Shown here: piece after piece, positions 23,724-36,592 of the stretch | Layout: each line of letters begins with the position of its first letter | Position numbering within the stretch: the first letter of the stretch is position 1 | Assembly: GCA_038496445.1 (NCBI GenBank) | Contig: JALMLS010000577.1 | Coordinates: 1 to 64,000 of the forward strand | Origin: Trichosphaerium sp. ATCC 40318 | Taxonomy: Eukaryota; Protista; Tubulinea | DNA length: 64,000 nucleotides | Reading direction: 5' to 3' | Notes under the pieces: model-generated | The model's input: only the letters and a program-made list of their open reading frames with translations | Databases searched by the model: none | What the model was told of the DNA's origin: nothing | Made by a program: the position numbers and the translations under genes

Positions 23724-24880
23724 TCAATCTCTTTCGTACACGGCGGTGAGATGATCATCAATCACTTGCTCGGACAAACAACGGAATTTAGGGTTATCAA
23801 CGCTGACAATACCAACTTCAACAGCAGAAGCTTTGAAATCCGTTGATAGCACAGATTGCAACGTATTGAGAGCGAATTGAATGGTAGCATCCTCGTCTAG
23901 AGCTGGATCTTCCTTTAAACGCTTTTCAAGAAAATTATTGGCTTCAATTTCTTTTACACCAGCAGCTGTGGCTTTGTAGCCATAGTAGTAACTAACAGGT
24001 GTAAGTTTAAGCTGAATTAGACTTAAAAAAACTTCACAAAGTTATTCTTTTTTTTGTGTACCCAGCTGGATCGCATTTAAACAGTTGTGGGCCGTCTTCA
24101 ACATCAATGCTTATCAATATCATAGATACACCTAAAGGTCGCATGTATGCTTGCTAAAAAGAAGGTGTAAGGAGAAAGAGAAACAGACATTTTGGACAAA
24201 CTGAATTTCAAATCAATTTTTTTTTGGAAAAATTATTGAGCGAGCAGTTGTTGCTTTGTCGTAAACATACTTGTGTTCTGACTTGAGCAATGTCAGCCAT
24301 TCTCTTGGCCAAATAAGATACTGGAATTTCGTAACCTAAGAGACGTTTACAAGTCAGTTTTTTAGGCGTTTTGTTAACCGTTCTGTGTGTAACATACCAT
24401 ACTTGTATTTGAATTCAGCGGCCTCATAACGTGCCCGTTGCACTTGCGCTCGCGCATCAGCTAAACCAATAGAGTTAATTTTTGCCAATTGCCGTTTTGT
24501 AGCGATTTAAAAATTTTCTTTTTTATTATCGTTTCTACAACGTACCCATCATTCCTGTTTGAACGCAGCCAATTGATGGTGTTATAGTGAATAAATGGGT
24601 TACAGTTGAAGGGTCTAGCAATTTATCCTATTCAAACTTAATTGTATTGGTGTATAGACGACGTACAGGCACTTTCTTCTCTGTAACAACCACACAACAG
24701 TTTTTTCCTCTTATCGCGACAGAAGTCTGTGCTGCAGCTTTTACAGCCTTACCGGCATACTCTATAACCAATTAACGCTGAAAACAAATATTATATCATA
24801 CCAACTTGATATAAACGCCCTTGTGGCGAAAATATAGTAATATGTCTATCGTAACCAGCGCTTGCTCCTCTCCTTGCCAT
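23724..24880 (-). CDS. PSMA6: Proteasome subunit alpha type-6 (alpha1)
   Basis: [52 protein letters not shown] across introns. Confidence 0.95.
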
Positions 24881-24966
24881 CAAAAATCTTGTCACGCAAA
24901 GCTCGAATTATTTTGACCTCAAGAGCGTTTGGTTAGCCCATCTTTTTTCATAACTGCCACAGCAAC

Positions 24967-25656
24967 ATGACACATAAATTATATCAAGTAGGGTCTATTA
25001 CAGACATTGAAACTGGCAAAGTTGAACGAAAAGAGAACCGACAAGGCGAGGCTTACCCATTCATTATCGCCGAGGAGTACAAATTAACGTATACCTTCAA
25101 CAGTGGCGAAGAAGGACAAATAACTGTTCCAGTTGACTTTTGCTTAAAAGGGCCTTCAGGCACTGGCATACCATTCGTCAGCGACGCGTGGGTGATCAAA
25201 GAGTGGTTGTACACCAGACAACGTTTTGCTAATGGCGAACCAGTACACCGGCGCTTAGCAGACAATATTGTGGCCGCAATATTAGTAAAGGAGGGCCGAC
25301 AGAGGGAAAAATCGCGTTGGTGGGTTGGTGAACGCTCACGCAATGGAGAATCTCAATGGAGACACGGTAGAAAAGCGTACGCACTTGCCCATTTGGGCTA
25401 AAAGTTTTCGCTTTATATTTGGCCAAATACCGTTAACGGCACTAGCGGACCACTATTCTCCCGCGATATGCCAGAGTACCAGAAAGGAGGCTCTTCAAGT
25501 CGTGTTAGTGTGTCACCAAGAGCTACAAAAAAAGCAGAACCAGCTGTAGAGCCAACTCCAGAACCAGAACCAGTAGCACCTGTAGCCGAAACAAAAGAAC
25601 CTGAACCAGAGCCAGCCGAAGCACCAAAGGCAGCCGAAACAGAAACTCAAGAATAA
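24967..25656 (+). CDS. Divergent DUF1353-like protein with Pro/Glu-rich tail
   Basis: ITVPVDFCLKGPS...AWVIKEWLY...RRLADNI resembles the DUF1353 pattern; one GTACG...TAG intron joins it to the PEPEP tail. Confidence 0.55.
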
Positions 25657-25746
25657 ATTCTTGTAGCACGTAGTGCGAGTATATAAAACATTTGATTGTA
25701 AAGAAATACGAAAGTTTGAAATAATTTTTTTGGTTTTGGTTTGTTT

Positions 25747-27553
25747 TTAACCCATAATCTTTATCAATTTACGGTAAGGTTTTGGTTCCATGTACGGTTC
25801 TTCTCCTTTCTTCACATGGAAAACTTCTGAATAATCAACATCTGATGTGTTACACTTGTAAACTACCGCACGAACGTCAACATTATGCTCTGCTTTGTAC
25901 TTTGACAGCTCTACATTGAGAAGGTAAGTTTAAACTGAAAAAAAAAAAAAGAAAGAAAACAATTTCGTACTTTCGATAAAGTCCAAGAGTTCAAGCAAAC
26001 CACGGTCATCCTCACGTCCTCTCCAATCAGGAATCACAACAACATTTTCTTTAGCCTCAAAGAGATTAATACCTGTATCAAAGGCTACCAAAGAGTCCAT
26101 AGGGCGGTTCAAGTAACGCAAGTGCTATTTGAAACATTTTGTGAGTAATCTTTATTTTCATGATAGTATCATACCTTTAGCGATTTTCTCCAACTCTCTG
26201 ATGCGTGCTCCCTATATAACATATGCGAAATATGTTCTTCTGGATCAATCAAAATTGGGATAAGCTCACTGCAATTCTAGAAAAAAAAAAGAACGTAAGC
26301 ACATAGAAATTTAGCTTTCAAAAAAAAAAAAAAACGAACGTACAGCAGCTCTGATACTACTCCATATAATAATCTCTGCATGCTTTGCAACTTCTTTGAC
26401 AAAGTACTTAGTATGCTTTCTATAACGTGGTTGGTCAGGACCGTGCCCGTCCTGTAAGCAGGAAAGTGGTAAGAAGAAGTATCCAATATTGAACTGATCA
26501 AAACAAAAAAAAAAAAAAAAAAAGTTTTCCTGCAGCCACAGAAATAGCTCCTTGCGTTGCAAATAAAAAAACCCGTATTTTCAAGGCGTGCCCTAGGGCC
26601 AAAAAAAAAAGAAAGAAGAATTGAACTCTGTGGAGGGACGAAAAAAGGGTAGGATTTGAAAGAATAGCCCTATTCATAGGTGCAGAGAACCTTGGAAAAT
26701 ATGATTTCTACAAAAACCCAAAAAGAAAAGCAAGTCGTACAGTAAGGACATGGACAAATAAATCCAAATCGAAAACTACACTAATTGGTTTCTTATCACC
26801 ACTCTTTGGGTCAACTTCTTTCAAATACTGCTTAGGCAACTCTTGTGGGTCTACCCATTTAACGCCGTCTTCAGTAGATCTACAAAAAAAACCCGTTAAA
26901 TCTTTGACTTGTGAACTCGTTTTTTCGTGCCCAAGTGCTCTCCATAAGTTGTAGTTTGAATCCTGGTGCGCGTAGTGATTAACTGTGAAAAAAAATTCAA
27001 GAATTCTCCAAGCATGGTAAAAAACAGTTCTTATTAATCCTCCAGGAGCTATTAGTTGTGTTAGAAGCAATTTCAAGAGCTAGTGTCAAGTTGCCTGAAG
27101 TAATTTCACTTACAAGAACCTTGCCAGGTTGGAATACGCCCCAGTTCTTCTTCTAGTTCACTTGCTGCGGTCCGAGCAAAAGCTGGGTGAAAATGTCAAT
27201 ACTTAACCAATTGTCAAAGGTTGTCCGCTTACCGTTCGATAGCTCTTCATGGAAGGGTTCAGCAGCTGTCTTGAACTTAGGCATCTTTTCGTCTTCTTCA
27301 CAATTGGCGTTGTCGTTTTGAAACAAATAATCTTGTAGTATATCAATAAACAATCTATTAGGGCTGTTGTAGTACATAAACCACTAAATGCTGCTGCTCC
27401 CGCTGCAAAAGCGAATTTGTTGTATGTTGTATCTTTACGCACAGCAGTTGCGTTCCTGCGTTGTGTAGTGTGCCATGTCGTTCTTTGGTATTTTCTTCGT
27501 CTCTGTGTCTTGTGGCTATACACAGAACCACGTGAGCAGTATTTACGTAACAT
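25747..27553 (-). CDS. TIM50: Mitochondrial import translocase subunit TIM50-like (NIF/FCP1 domain)
   Basis: Basic presequence; ISVVFDLD, EIIIWSS, LYREH, LRYLNRPMD, IPDWRGREDDRGLLELLDF. Confidence 0.78.
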
Positions 27554-27649
27554 TCGCGTGAAATACGCTGTAGTGAGTTTCACCAATCTGAAAAAAAAAA
27601 CTGAAGAAAAAGTGAGTCAACTCTAGTATGGCACTACCGAAGTCTCAGA

Positions 27650-30244
27650 ATGGAGAGGAACCTACTTATACTGTTTGCTACGCAAACAGGAACTGCATTG
27701 GGTGTCAGTGAAGAAATTCGGAGAGAAGCTACAAGGTATGGAATTGTATTAAAATACATGTCGTTACATGACTCTCACATGTACTAGGAGACGTTTTAAA
27801 ACACAAACGCGTTCATTTGAAGACTATGACATTGTACGCTAAACACAACTACCCACACGCTAATACACATTAAGAGAAACCTTCCCACCGAGTCTTTAGT
27901 TATTTTCGTTGTATCAACAACAGGGCAAGGCGAAGTACCGGATATGATGAAAGTACGCGTATTTGAGCTGTCCTGTTACTGTACAATTAACCTCTGAGCT
28001 AGAAGAGTTGGCGTATGTTACGATCGCGTCGGTTGGATGCGTCAGCGCTACGAGGAACATCCTTTGGAGTATTTGGACTAGGTGATTCCGGTACAACACC
28101 AAAAAGAGCACAGCACGCGTTTATCCTTTTTGAGAATTCTTTTCTTTTGATTTGCATTGTTTTGTCTTATTCGGGCTTACATAACCTTTAGGTTACGTAA
28201 AATACAACAGACCAGCACGTATGCTTCACAATAGACTCAAACAGATTGGTGGATCTAGTATAATTCGCTGTGGGGATGGAGATGATCAACATCCTTTTGG
28301 GTACTTGTTATTTTTTTTACCGTTGCGATCTTTTGGCGTCAAACACTCCTAGAAGCTCACGTGATTATCTAGACTTTATGGAGATCTCTTTCCATGGATG
28401 GAAGAGTTATGGAAAAGCCTAGACAGGTTGTGTCCTCTTCCACCTGGCCAAAAAATTATGCCTAAAGGGATACAGTATCCTACTGTTTGTAACAAAACTG
28501 AAACTAATTTTTTTTACTTTTCTTCACTCTGATAGACCTCCACCACGCTTCAAAGTTACGATTGCAAGTGGAGATACTAGGAAAAAACAAGAAGTATCCT
28601 CCAAAGGGCCATGGACTCGTCATAATCCGTACAAGGCGGTTCTTAAATCAAACAATCGATTGACTTCTGAGGATTGGACACAAGATGTTAGACACATTGT
28701 ACTTGATATAGCAGATGCCAATATCAACTATGAACCTGGTAGCGTAGTATATATAGCTCCTTGTAATAATAGGGAGAAGACACTAAAGGCTCTAAAAGCT
28801 TTGGGATTAGACCCAGAACTGATTATTCAGAGCATTGAAACAAATAATGATTGGGATCAAGGTTTTGATCAGAAAATCGATTTCCCTATTTCCTTACTGT
28901 ATGATATACTATTTAATAGCCTTACATCACTCACGTATACCTAGTGATCTTGTAGTATATCATTTGGATATCTTTGGGAAGCCTCAACGCTATTTTTTTG
29001 AGCTTTTGTCGTACTTTGCTACAGAGAAATTACATAAAGACAAACTCGCTTATTTCTCAACAAAAGAAGGTCAAGGTGATTTATGGGAGTATGTAACACG
29101 TGCAAGTAGATCATATGTAGATATTTTCTCAGAGTTTGCTTCAGCTAAGCCACCACTTCCTTACTTTTTGGAATTACTTCCTCCATTACGGTACTTCTTC
29201 TTTTTTATTATCTTTTTCATTGAAAGTATAATTTTTGTTTGTTCTCTTGATGCGTTTTTAAAAAACGTTGTATTAATTTCAGTTCTCTGTAGTGCAAGAC
29301 CGTTCTCTATATCATCGGCTCAAGAAAACACTGAAGGAGAAATTCACGTGTCATTGGCTGTTGTTAGATATAAGTCTAAAATTAATAGATTAAAGAATGG
29401 TGTTTGTTCTTCTTGGTTGGCTAGTATGGACTCTACAAAGAATATTAAAGTACCTATATGGGTAAGACCTGGTACTATGAATCTTCCTAAAGATCATAAA
29501 ACACCTGTCATATTCGTTGGTCCTGGAACTGGTTGTGCTATTTTTAGGTTAGCCATGTTTTTGTTTGGTTGCTTTTTTTTTTTGTTTCTGAAAGAGGTTT
29601 TGTTGACAACTTGTTTAGGAGCTTTTTGTTTCATAGAATGGCACTACAGAGTAAAGGTGAAGTACTTGGACCTGCCGCTATGTTTTTTGGATGCCGTAAA
29701 GCATCAAAAGACTACTTGTATGAGAAGGAGTGGCAAAATTTTTGGATAAGAAAGTGCTTACAAATTTTTATGTTGCTCATTCAAGAGACCAAGAAAAGAA
29801 GGTATGCTTATTAGTTTTTATTTACAATCAGCATGTGGTCATACGGTTAAGCCTTTTTTGGTGTCTTGAAATATGTTTCAGTTGAAGCAAGAGCCGTTGT
29901 TTTGACAAAGAAACGACATAGAATTTTTTTGGATAACCGCTTTTTTTTGGTTCTCACTCATGCTGTAGTCTTATGTTTGGCATAAAATGAAAGAAGCTGG
30001 TAATGAAATATGGGACATGATAGAAAAAGGTTAGTATCATAGTTATGATGCCCAGCAAATAACTAATTTCTTTCACAAAGGAGGTCATTTTTATATTTCT
30101 GGTTCAGCGGAAAAAATGCCAAGGGATGTACGAAGAACTCTTGTTCAAGTGATTAGAGACTTTGGTTCTATGGACGATGATTCAGCTGAGGCGTATGTGC
30201 AGCAAATGGAGGTTAAAGGTCGTTACTGTACTGAAACATGGTAA
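27650..30244 (+). CDS. NDOR1: NADPH-dependent diflavin oxidoreductase 1 (Tah18/NR1)
   Basis: LILFATQTGTA, STTGQGEVP, FGLGDSGY, RPFSISS, GPGTGCA, FFGCR, MPRDV, ETW-stop; one probable homopolymer indel near 29740. Confidence 0.93.
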
Positions 30245-30868
30245 AAGAAAAAAAAAAATACAATGTTGGAAGTTTCACCGAATGACACTTTTTATTCTTG
30301 TGCAGCACACTTAAAAGTAACCAAACTAAACTCGTTTTGCGTCTACCTCAGGTGCCTGTATTACAAATATTGTTTTTGCGTGGGTTTGTCTGGGATACAA
30401 AAAAAATGTTCAAAAAACGCTGCTTCAGCTATTTTCGTAACCTGCTCGCTGAAAAACAGCGAATTTGAGCATTTTCAAAAAAGAAAACCCAAACCACTTT
30501 TTTTTTATTTTTCAAGCAGTCAAACATTTAAGTCTTATAACTTCTTCTCTGTAACCGTAAGAGTCGCCAAAGCAATCGCCATTCATCGCTTGATTACGGA
30601 ACTCCGGTGGTGCGCTCTCGACCTTACTTTCTCTTTTTGTTTTTTTTTGATGCGTTCTGAAAAAAATCCGCTTAAGAATTGCATCCGTACTTCTTGGTAG
30701 TCTAATGATTATCATCGCAGGTAGTTGGAACTGTTCATTGATGGAAGGTCACCAAAATCCAAGTTGCGTCTGACACAACTGGACAACATTACGTATTGCA
30801 ATACGTTAAAAGTCAATTGTTTTCGTAAAACTGCAGCGGTTCTTGATCTTGTTTGCACTTCTTAATAC

Positions 30869-31217
30869 ATGCTGGTCTTGCAAGTATTATGTCTGGCGTT
30901 CGCATACGCATTATTTCCTGCTACTTTAGCTTTAGGTGCTGATCTGTAAATGCAAAAAGAAGTCTGTTGTAGCTAACACATGCATAGGTTGGCTTATTAT
31001 ATGGTATTTCTTTGTTAGAGACATCATAGATATTCAAGCGTTACTCCAACCGGCGCCAAAATACGAACGTAGCGAATTTTATAAGCTGTTCATGGAGGAG
31101 AAGGTACGTAGAACATAAAATAACGTTGTCTCTGACAAATTCCACTTTTTTAAAAAAATCTGCGGGTAATCTTACATCGAAATGTAGGAACGGCAGATGA
31201 AGCTTAAACAATTGTAA
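30869..31217 (+). CDS. Small integral membrane protein (SMIM13-like)
   Basis: Three exons give MLVLQVLCLAFAYALFPATLALGWLIIWYFFVRDII...KERQMKLKQL. Confidence 0.5.
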
Positions 31218-31560
31218 TACCACAGAATCTATCTACTTGCGAACATGTAAAAAAAAAAAAATCGAGTAAACAGTAAATGTATTTGTAACTTTAAAAAAAG
31301 CTGAGAAACTGAATTAAAAGCATAGAGGAGGAATACTTTATTTCCAGCATGTAGAGACATATTTTTTTACGCGCGAGTACATACCGAGGACTAACTGAAT
31401 AGCAAGCGGAGACCGCTTTTCAGACACTTCCTGAAGCTCTTGAAGCCATCAAAAACGTTTTTCATGCTTTTTTATTTTCTGATCAGCAAATCCGCGTCAA
31501 ATCCGTGGTTGTTCCCCTATTAGTGTTATAAACGCTGTGCTGTAAATGACAAGTTATTAC

Positions 31561-32209
31561 CTATTTTTTCTTTTTTCGTCTTTTCTTTTTTTTCGATTCT
31601 TGCTCTTCCTCAACGCCTTGGCTCATTATAAACCAAACAATAGATCCAATGACAGCAATGCCAACGGCAACTGCAGCAATGGTGGAAAGTAAGGTTGTCT
31701 CTTTTGCGAAGACGCCGTTAACAGCCAATAGTTCCACGTCAAACTCGAGCGTTGCGTCAGGAGGAATACGGTTGCCAACACCTGTTTTTCCGTATGCCAA
31801 TGATGGTGGGATTGACAGGTGACGTTTTTCGCCCAAACACATATCTAGGAGCATTGTGTTAGCGTTTGATGTGCTTTTCAGCAAAACTATTACGTTACCT
31901 TGTAAACCTTGATCCCAGCCTTTAATTACAGAACCGGCACCTAGTTGGAACTCGAACCACGAGTTTTCATCAAAAGTTTTGCCGTTAGAAGCTAATTTGC
32001 CAGTATACGCAACAGCAATGTTATCCCGCGCTTGAGAGATAACAGTACATTCTTCAGGTTTGTACAGGGTTTCTTTCTTCAATTTACCACCTACAACGGT
32101 TTTAACTCAACAAAACAACACTTACGCGCTAAATACTCACACCTTCTACTAAACTAGCACTAAATAGCACTAATACACAAAACGCCAAGCAATTTACAGC
32201 CACTTTCAT
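31561..32209 (-). CDS. ER FKBP-type peptidyl-prolyl isomerase with C-terminal TM and Lys-rich tail (FKBP11-like)
   Basis: Signal peptide; YTGKL, VIKGWDQGL, IPPSLAYG, IPPDATLEFDVELL; TM; KKKK C-terminus. Confidence 0.9.
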
Positions 32210-32371
32210 CCCGAAAAAATAATAAATGACTTAATCACACGTCACGTGACTTATCGCTGTGGCCTTTACATTTTACAACGTGCTTCAAAAACGCAGTTAT
32301 GTCACATATAGATTGGTTTTATGGAGGTTTATGTAGATACATTTTTGTGAATAATTGAATTTTTGACACCT

Positions 32372-33806
32372 CTATTTACTGTAATCATAAAAACCTCTTC
32401 CTGTCTTTTTACCAAGCCAACCAGCTTCTACATGTTTTACAAGAATTGGAGATGGTCTATACTTAGAATCACCAAACTCTGTGTGAAGCACCTGTACAAC
32501 CAATTATTTTACAAACTTCAGAAAAAAACTATCAAGCTTATAAAACTGGTCACGTGCCTGCAAAATTGACAAACATGTATCCAAACCAATCAAATCTGCA
32601 AGAGTCAATGGACCCATAGGTACACCTGTACCAAGTTTCATAGTAACATCAATATCCTCACAAGAGCCGATACCCTACAAAAAAACAGTTGAGAAAAAAA
32701 ATTCAAAAAAACTCTTTCTCCTTACCTCTTGAAGAGCAAAGCAAGCTTCATTGATGTAAGGCATCAATATTCTGTTTGCAATAAACCCTAAAAAAAAAAA
32801 AAGAAAGTGTCAGAGAGCTCAAAATGACAAAAGAAGAAAAAAAAAAGAAAGAGAAATTAAATCTTACCAGGCATATCTTTTGCGAGTGTTGTTGTTTTTC
32901 CCATGGCTTCAGCAAGCGCTTTTGTTTCTTCATATGTTTCATCAGATGTCTTTAATCCTCTGATGAGTTCAACACCTTTCATAACCTTGTGGGGTAAGAG
33001 TTAGTAACGACAGAATGGTTTGGTTTTTTTTTTTCAATGAAACAATTAATTGTTTTGCGTACTGGAACTGGATTCATAAAGTGCATGCCTACAACACTCT
33101 CTGGTCTTTTTGTAGCGGAAGCAATCTTAGTGATAGATATAGAAGAAGTATTTGTAGCGAGTATAGCGCCTGGTTTAGCGATTGAGTCGATTTTCTCGAA
33201 GATTGTTGTTTTTAAAGCCAAGTTCTCGGTTGCAGCCTCTAATAATAACGTTAGAAGTCGTATATCGTTAGATACATTGTTTAAGAGGCTAATGAGGTTG
33301 TTTTGAGACTCACCGATGATGATATCTGCTTTTTTGAGATCCTCCATGTTTGTTGATGATTCCATTCTAGAAACTAAGCCATCAACGTCTTCCTTTGTTA
33401 CTCTACCCTTTTCTACTTGTTTGTTCAATCTTTTGGTCATTGTGCTTATTGTTTTTTGTATTTGATCGGCATTAGTATCCATGAGTATAACGTTGTGTTT
33501 GGCGACTTGCGCGGCAACCTTTTTGACATGTATTAGTCCGTTTTTGATTTAAAATCGGTTTATAAATCGTTTATGGCTATAATGGGCTATGTGGTAGTGT
33601 TGAGTGGTGTAAATAGTCAACGTACTTGCGCAATACCACCTCCCATTTGTCCAGCTCCAATAACGCCTACAATCTAAAACACGTTAGTATGCGCTTCGAA
33701 TAAGGTAAGAAAGTTCAACCTTATTTTGTGTGGCACGCGAAGTGGTGTAGGAGCGAGTTTTGTTTGTTGTACATGCTCTTGAGTTCCTTGCTACGCGTAA
33801 TATCAT
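32372..33806 (-). CDS. Mitochondrial 3-hydroxybutyryl-CoA / 3-hydroxyacyl-CoA dehydrogenase
   Basis: [54 protein letters not shown]. Confidence 0.93.
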
Positions 33807-33857
33807 CTTGGTGGTGAGATAAATTAAACCAGGTACTAAGTCGCGTTGGAGATCAAC

Positions 33858-36208
33858 TTAAGGGCTTAAATTCCCAATCAGCGTACCGCTATTATAACTT
33901 GAGGAATAGCAATTAAAAATACCATAATATACGTAGTTCAACAAGGGAGATTTCCGTACCTCCACTTTCATCAATACGACCTGCGTTGTGGTTGAAGTGT
34001 TACTTATGTGTAACAAACTCGCTACCAAAGTGCAGTTGCTTTTGATGTTGTTGACAACTTACTTGCACATGCTTGATTTTGTAAACCTTGCAAACACTAC
34101 TTTGCCTGTGACAATCTTTGCTTTTATTCTCAATTGTGAAAAACTCATATCGACAGTGAGTAAAAACAAGAGATTTTCGATTGTTGGTTGTCACGTGACA
34201 TGTGTTGTTTTTTATTTATTTTTGTCTTTTTTTTATATCGACGATCTTACTGCAGTGGCCGCTATTTCTTTATTCCTTAATGACCAAGGTATTATGCTTT
34301 GCCTTAAAGAAGGAACAGTAATTACCAATATCAAACCAACAACCAACAGCTGGGGAAATGTTAAAAATAAGCAACATTCTCGTAACAAAAACAATAACTT
34401 ACCAGCAAAGCGCCACCAACTGCTGCTATAGATATATACATTGTCAAATCAGAAGTGCATGCGCCAGGTTGTGTGAGTACGTATAGCCTTAAAAGAAAGC
34501 GAGTATTAGTACAGTAGAAGGGGGTACAAAAAAAACAAAAAGAACTTACTTGCTGCCTTCTTTCTTTTGCGTCGTTGTAACACATGGATGACTTAGGACG
34601 TCTATAGTACCGTTAATGCAAGTTGCGTCTAAAGCTTCTATCTTTTGATTTGAGCCTCTATCAACACTTGTGACATCTATAGTAAACGTGCTATTCGGCT
34701 GTATAACCAAGCACCCTAAACTTGTGTCAATTTTTGAGTTGTCATGACGTTTGTGTTCTTTCTGTACCTGACACCTTAAGTATCCCAGTGTTGTTTGTTA
34801 GTACAATAACATCACCACTGTTTTGAAAACCTCCACTTATATGTGTAGGTGTATTAATGATAATAGTGACCGGGTTGTATACATCTCCTACAATGTGGCA
34901 TGGAAGGCTTCCTTGACATGAGAGACAGTCCTCATATTCACACTCGTCTAACAGCTATTGTTAACAAAGTATGGGTAAAATACTGCATACGTGTGACAGG
35001 AGAAGGTTTAGGAATGATATAGGTAGTCTCCAGAAGAGGCGGATGATCCGTTTCAAAACTTGAAAATCTGGATTCTTTGAAAAAGTTAACAACGTTAACG
35101 ATATCAATGGCTAACGTACGGAAGTTGGTATCAGCTATAATTATCCAACCATTGTTTGCGATGAATCCGTTCCTCCACATTAAAAGAGAGCCTAGCAGGA
35201 AAGGTGTAAGCTAACATGATCAAGAAGATCAAATGTTTACTTGTAACGTTGATTGAGGTGTACTCTTCTTTCGTTTCTGCACTCACAGTTCCAACGTTGT
35301 CAGGTATATGGTTCGAATGATTAGGCTCACCTACGTTTTATTTCTTTGAGATTAAAGAAGGAGAGAATTGCCACGTGATGTAAGATATTTATGACGTTAA
35401 AAAAAAAGTGCATACCAAAGGATTTATATGTAACATTTGTGCTTAACCAAGGTTTCGTCACTTCGTACACTTTTCCTAGCGTCCCTTTCTTCTTTATATA
35501 AAGGGTCATTGTTGCCGATAATACTTGAGCGTTGTCTGGTATCGGACCACCTGTTACGAAGGTAAGTAAGAACAAAAACCAACCGACAAACAAACGCTTC
35601 AAATTTCAAAAAAAATAAAAAGAGAGATTTTGATGTTATCTTAACCGCAAATCATAAGATACTCCGGACGCTGTAGAAATACTCGAACAGAAGAGGTGTT
35701 AAAATAGTGAGAACAGGTACCTTCACTGTTGAATATTTTAAACTTTGCAAGAATGAAATGTCTACGATCAAGCCTCAACCATTTTTTGGTGCCGTAGTTC
35801 GTTTCATAGCTATCATCGTCATCATCATCCATGCTAGCACAATATGTATCTGATCCTTGATAGACCACTTGAGATATCACTCTTCCATGAGTATCGGAGC
35901 CTTCAAAAAACAAAAAAAAATTAGACAGGAAAAACGTGCAAATATGCCAACATTACTAGCGCGATTTACAAATCAAATCTGTTGACGCTATGAATGGAAA
36001 GCAACGTATATACGATTTTTATATAAACACATCGTTTGACGGAGGTATAGTTTCGGTAGTACCGACGGAGAACGTAAAAAAAAAATTTGTCATAAAATAA
36101 AGACCCAACTACTTTCTAGATCCTCGAATGCTTACCAGGTGTTTGAGCACGTGACATAATGAAAAACATCGATAGTACGAAAATTAAGAGGAACGTTTGT
36201 AGAATCAT
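33858..36208 (-). CDS. Secreted single-pass membrane protein with DNRLRE-like domain
   Basis: Signal peptide MILQTFLLIFVLSMFF; DTY...TNYG, IPDNAQVLSATMTLY, VYEVTKPW....VTY, NNGWII, FSSFETDHPPLL; TM near the C-terminus; 3' end approximate. Confidence 0.65.
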
Positions 36209-36592
36209 CTAGAGCAAGAAATAGTAGTACGGTGAGGTATATTATAATACGTGGTGTCTCACATAAAGCATAGGACGAGGTTTCAGTCTTTGTTTAGTCA
36301 AACAGTACACATTTATGTTTTGGTTTTATCTGTCGCCACTATCGATACAGTACTCAGATTGAGTATTAAGAGTACCACGTATGTATATTTTTTTTAAACA
36401 GGTGATGTTGAGCGTACCACGAGGTGCTAACGGAAAAACAAAAATACTAAAGAAATCCCGAAATACTTATTTATTCAAAACGCTGTTAGGTTGTGATAAA
36501 TCGTTATCGAATGCAAAGGTACGTAAAATACTTGCGTGTTACACTTTAATTCTCCACGTGATAAAATATTTCTGATATTTCTTAATTGCTAC

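Noticed and set aside
27628-27711. Out-of-frame upstream ORF overlapping the NDOR1 start
   Set aside because: The ATG is only 22 nt upstream within a ~100-bp divergent spacer and may lie outside the transcript; no further support.
29735-29745. Frameshift in NDOR1 (programmed frameshift or pseudogene)
   Set aside because: One extra T in a T5 run restores FLDKKVLTNFYVAHSRDQ; a homopolymer sequencing error is the simplest explanation in an essential gene.
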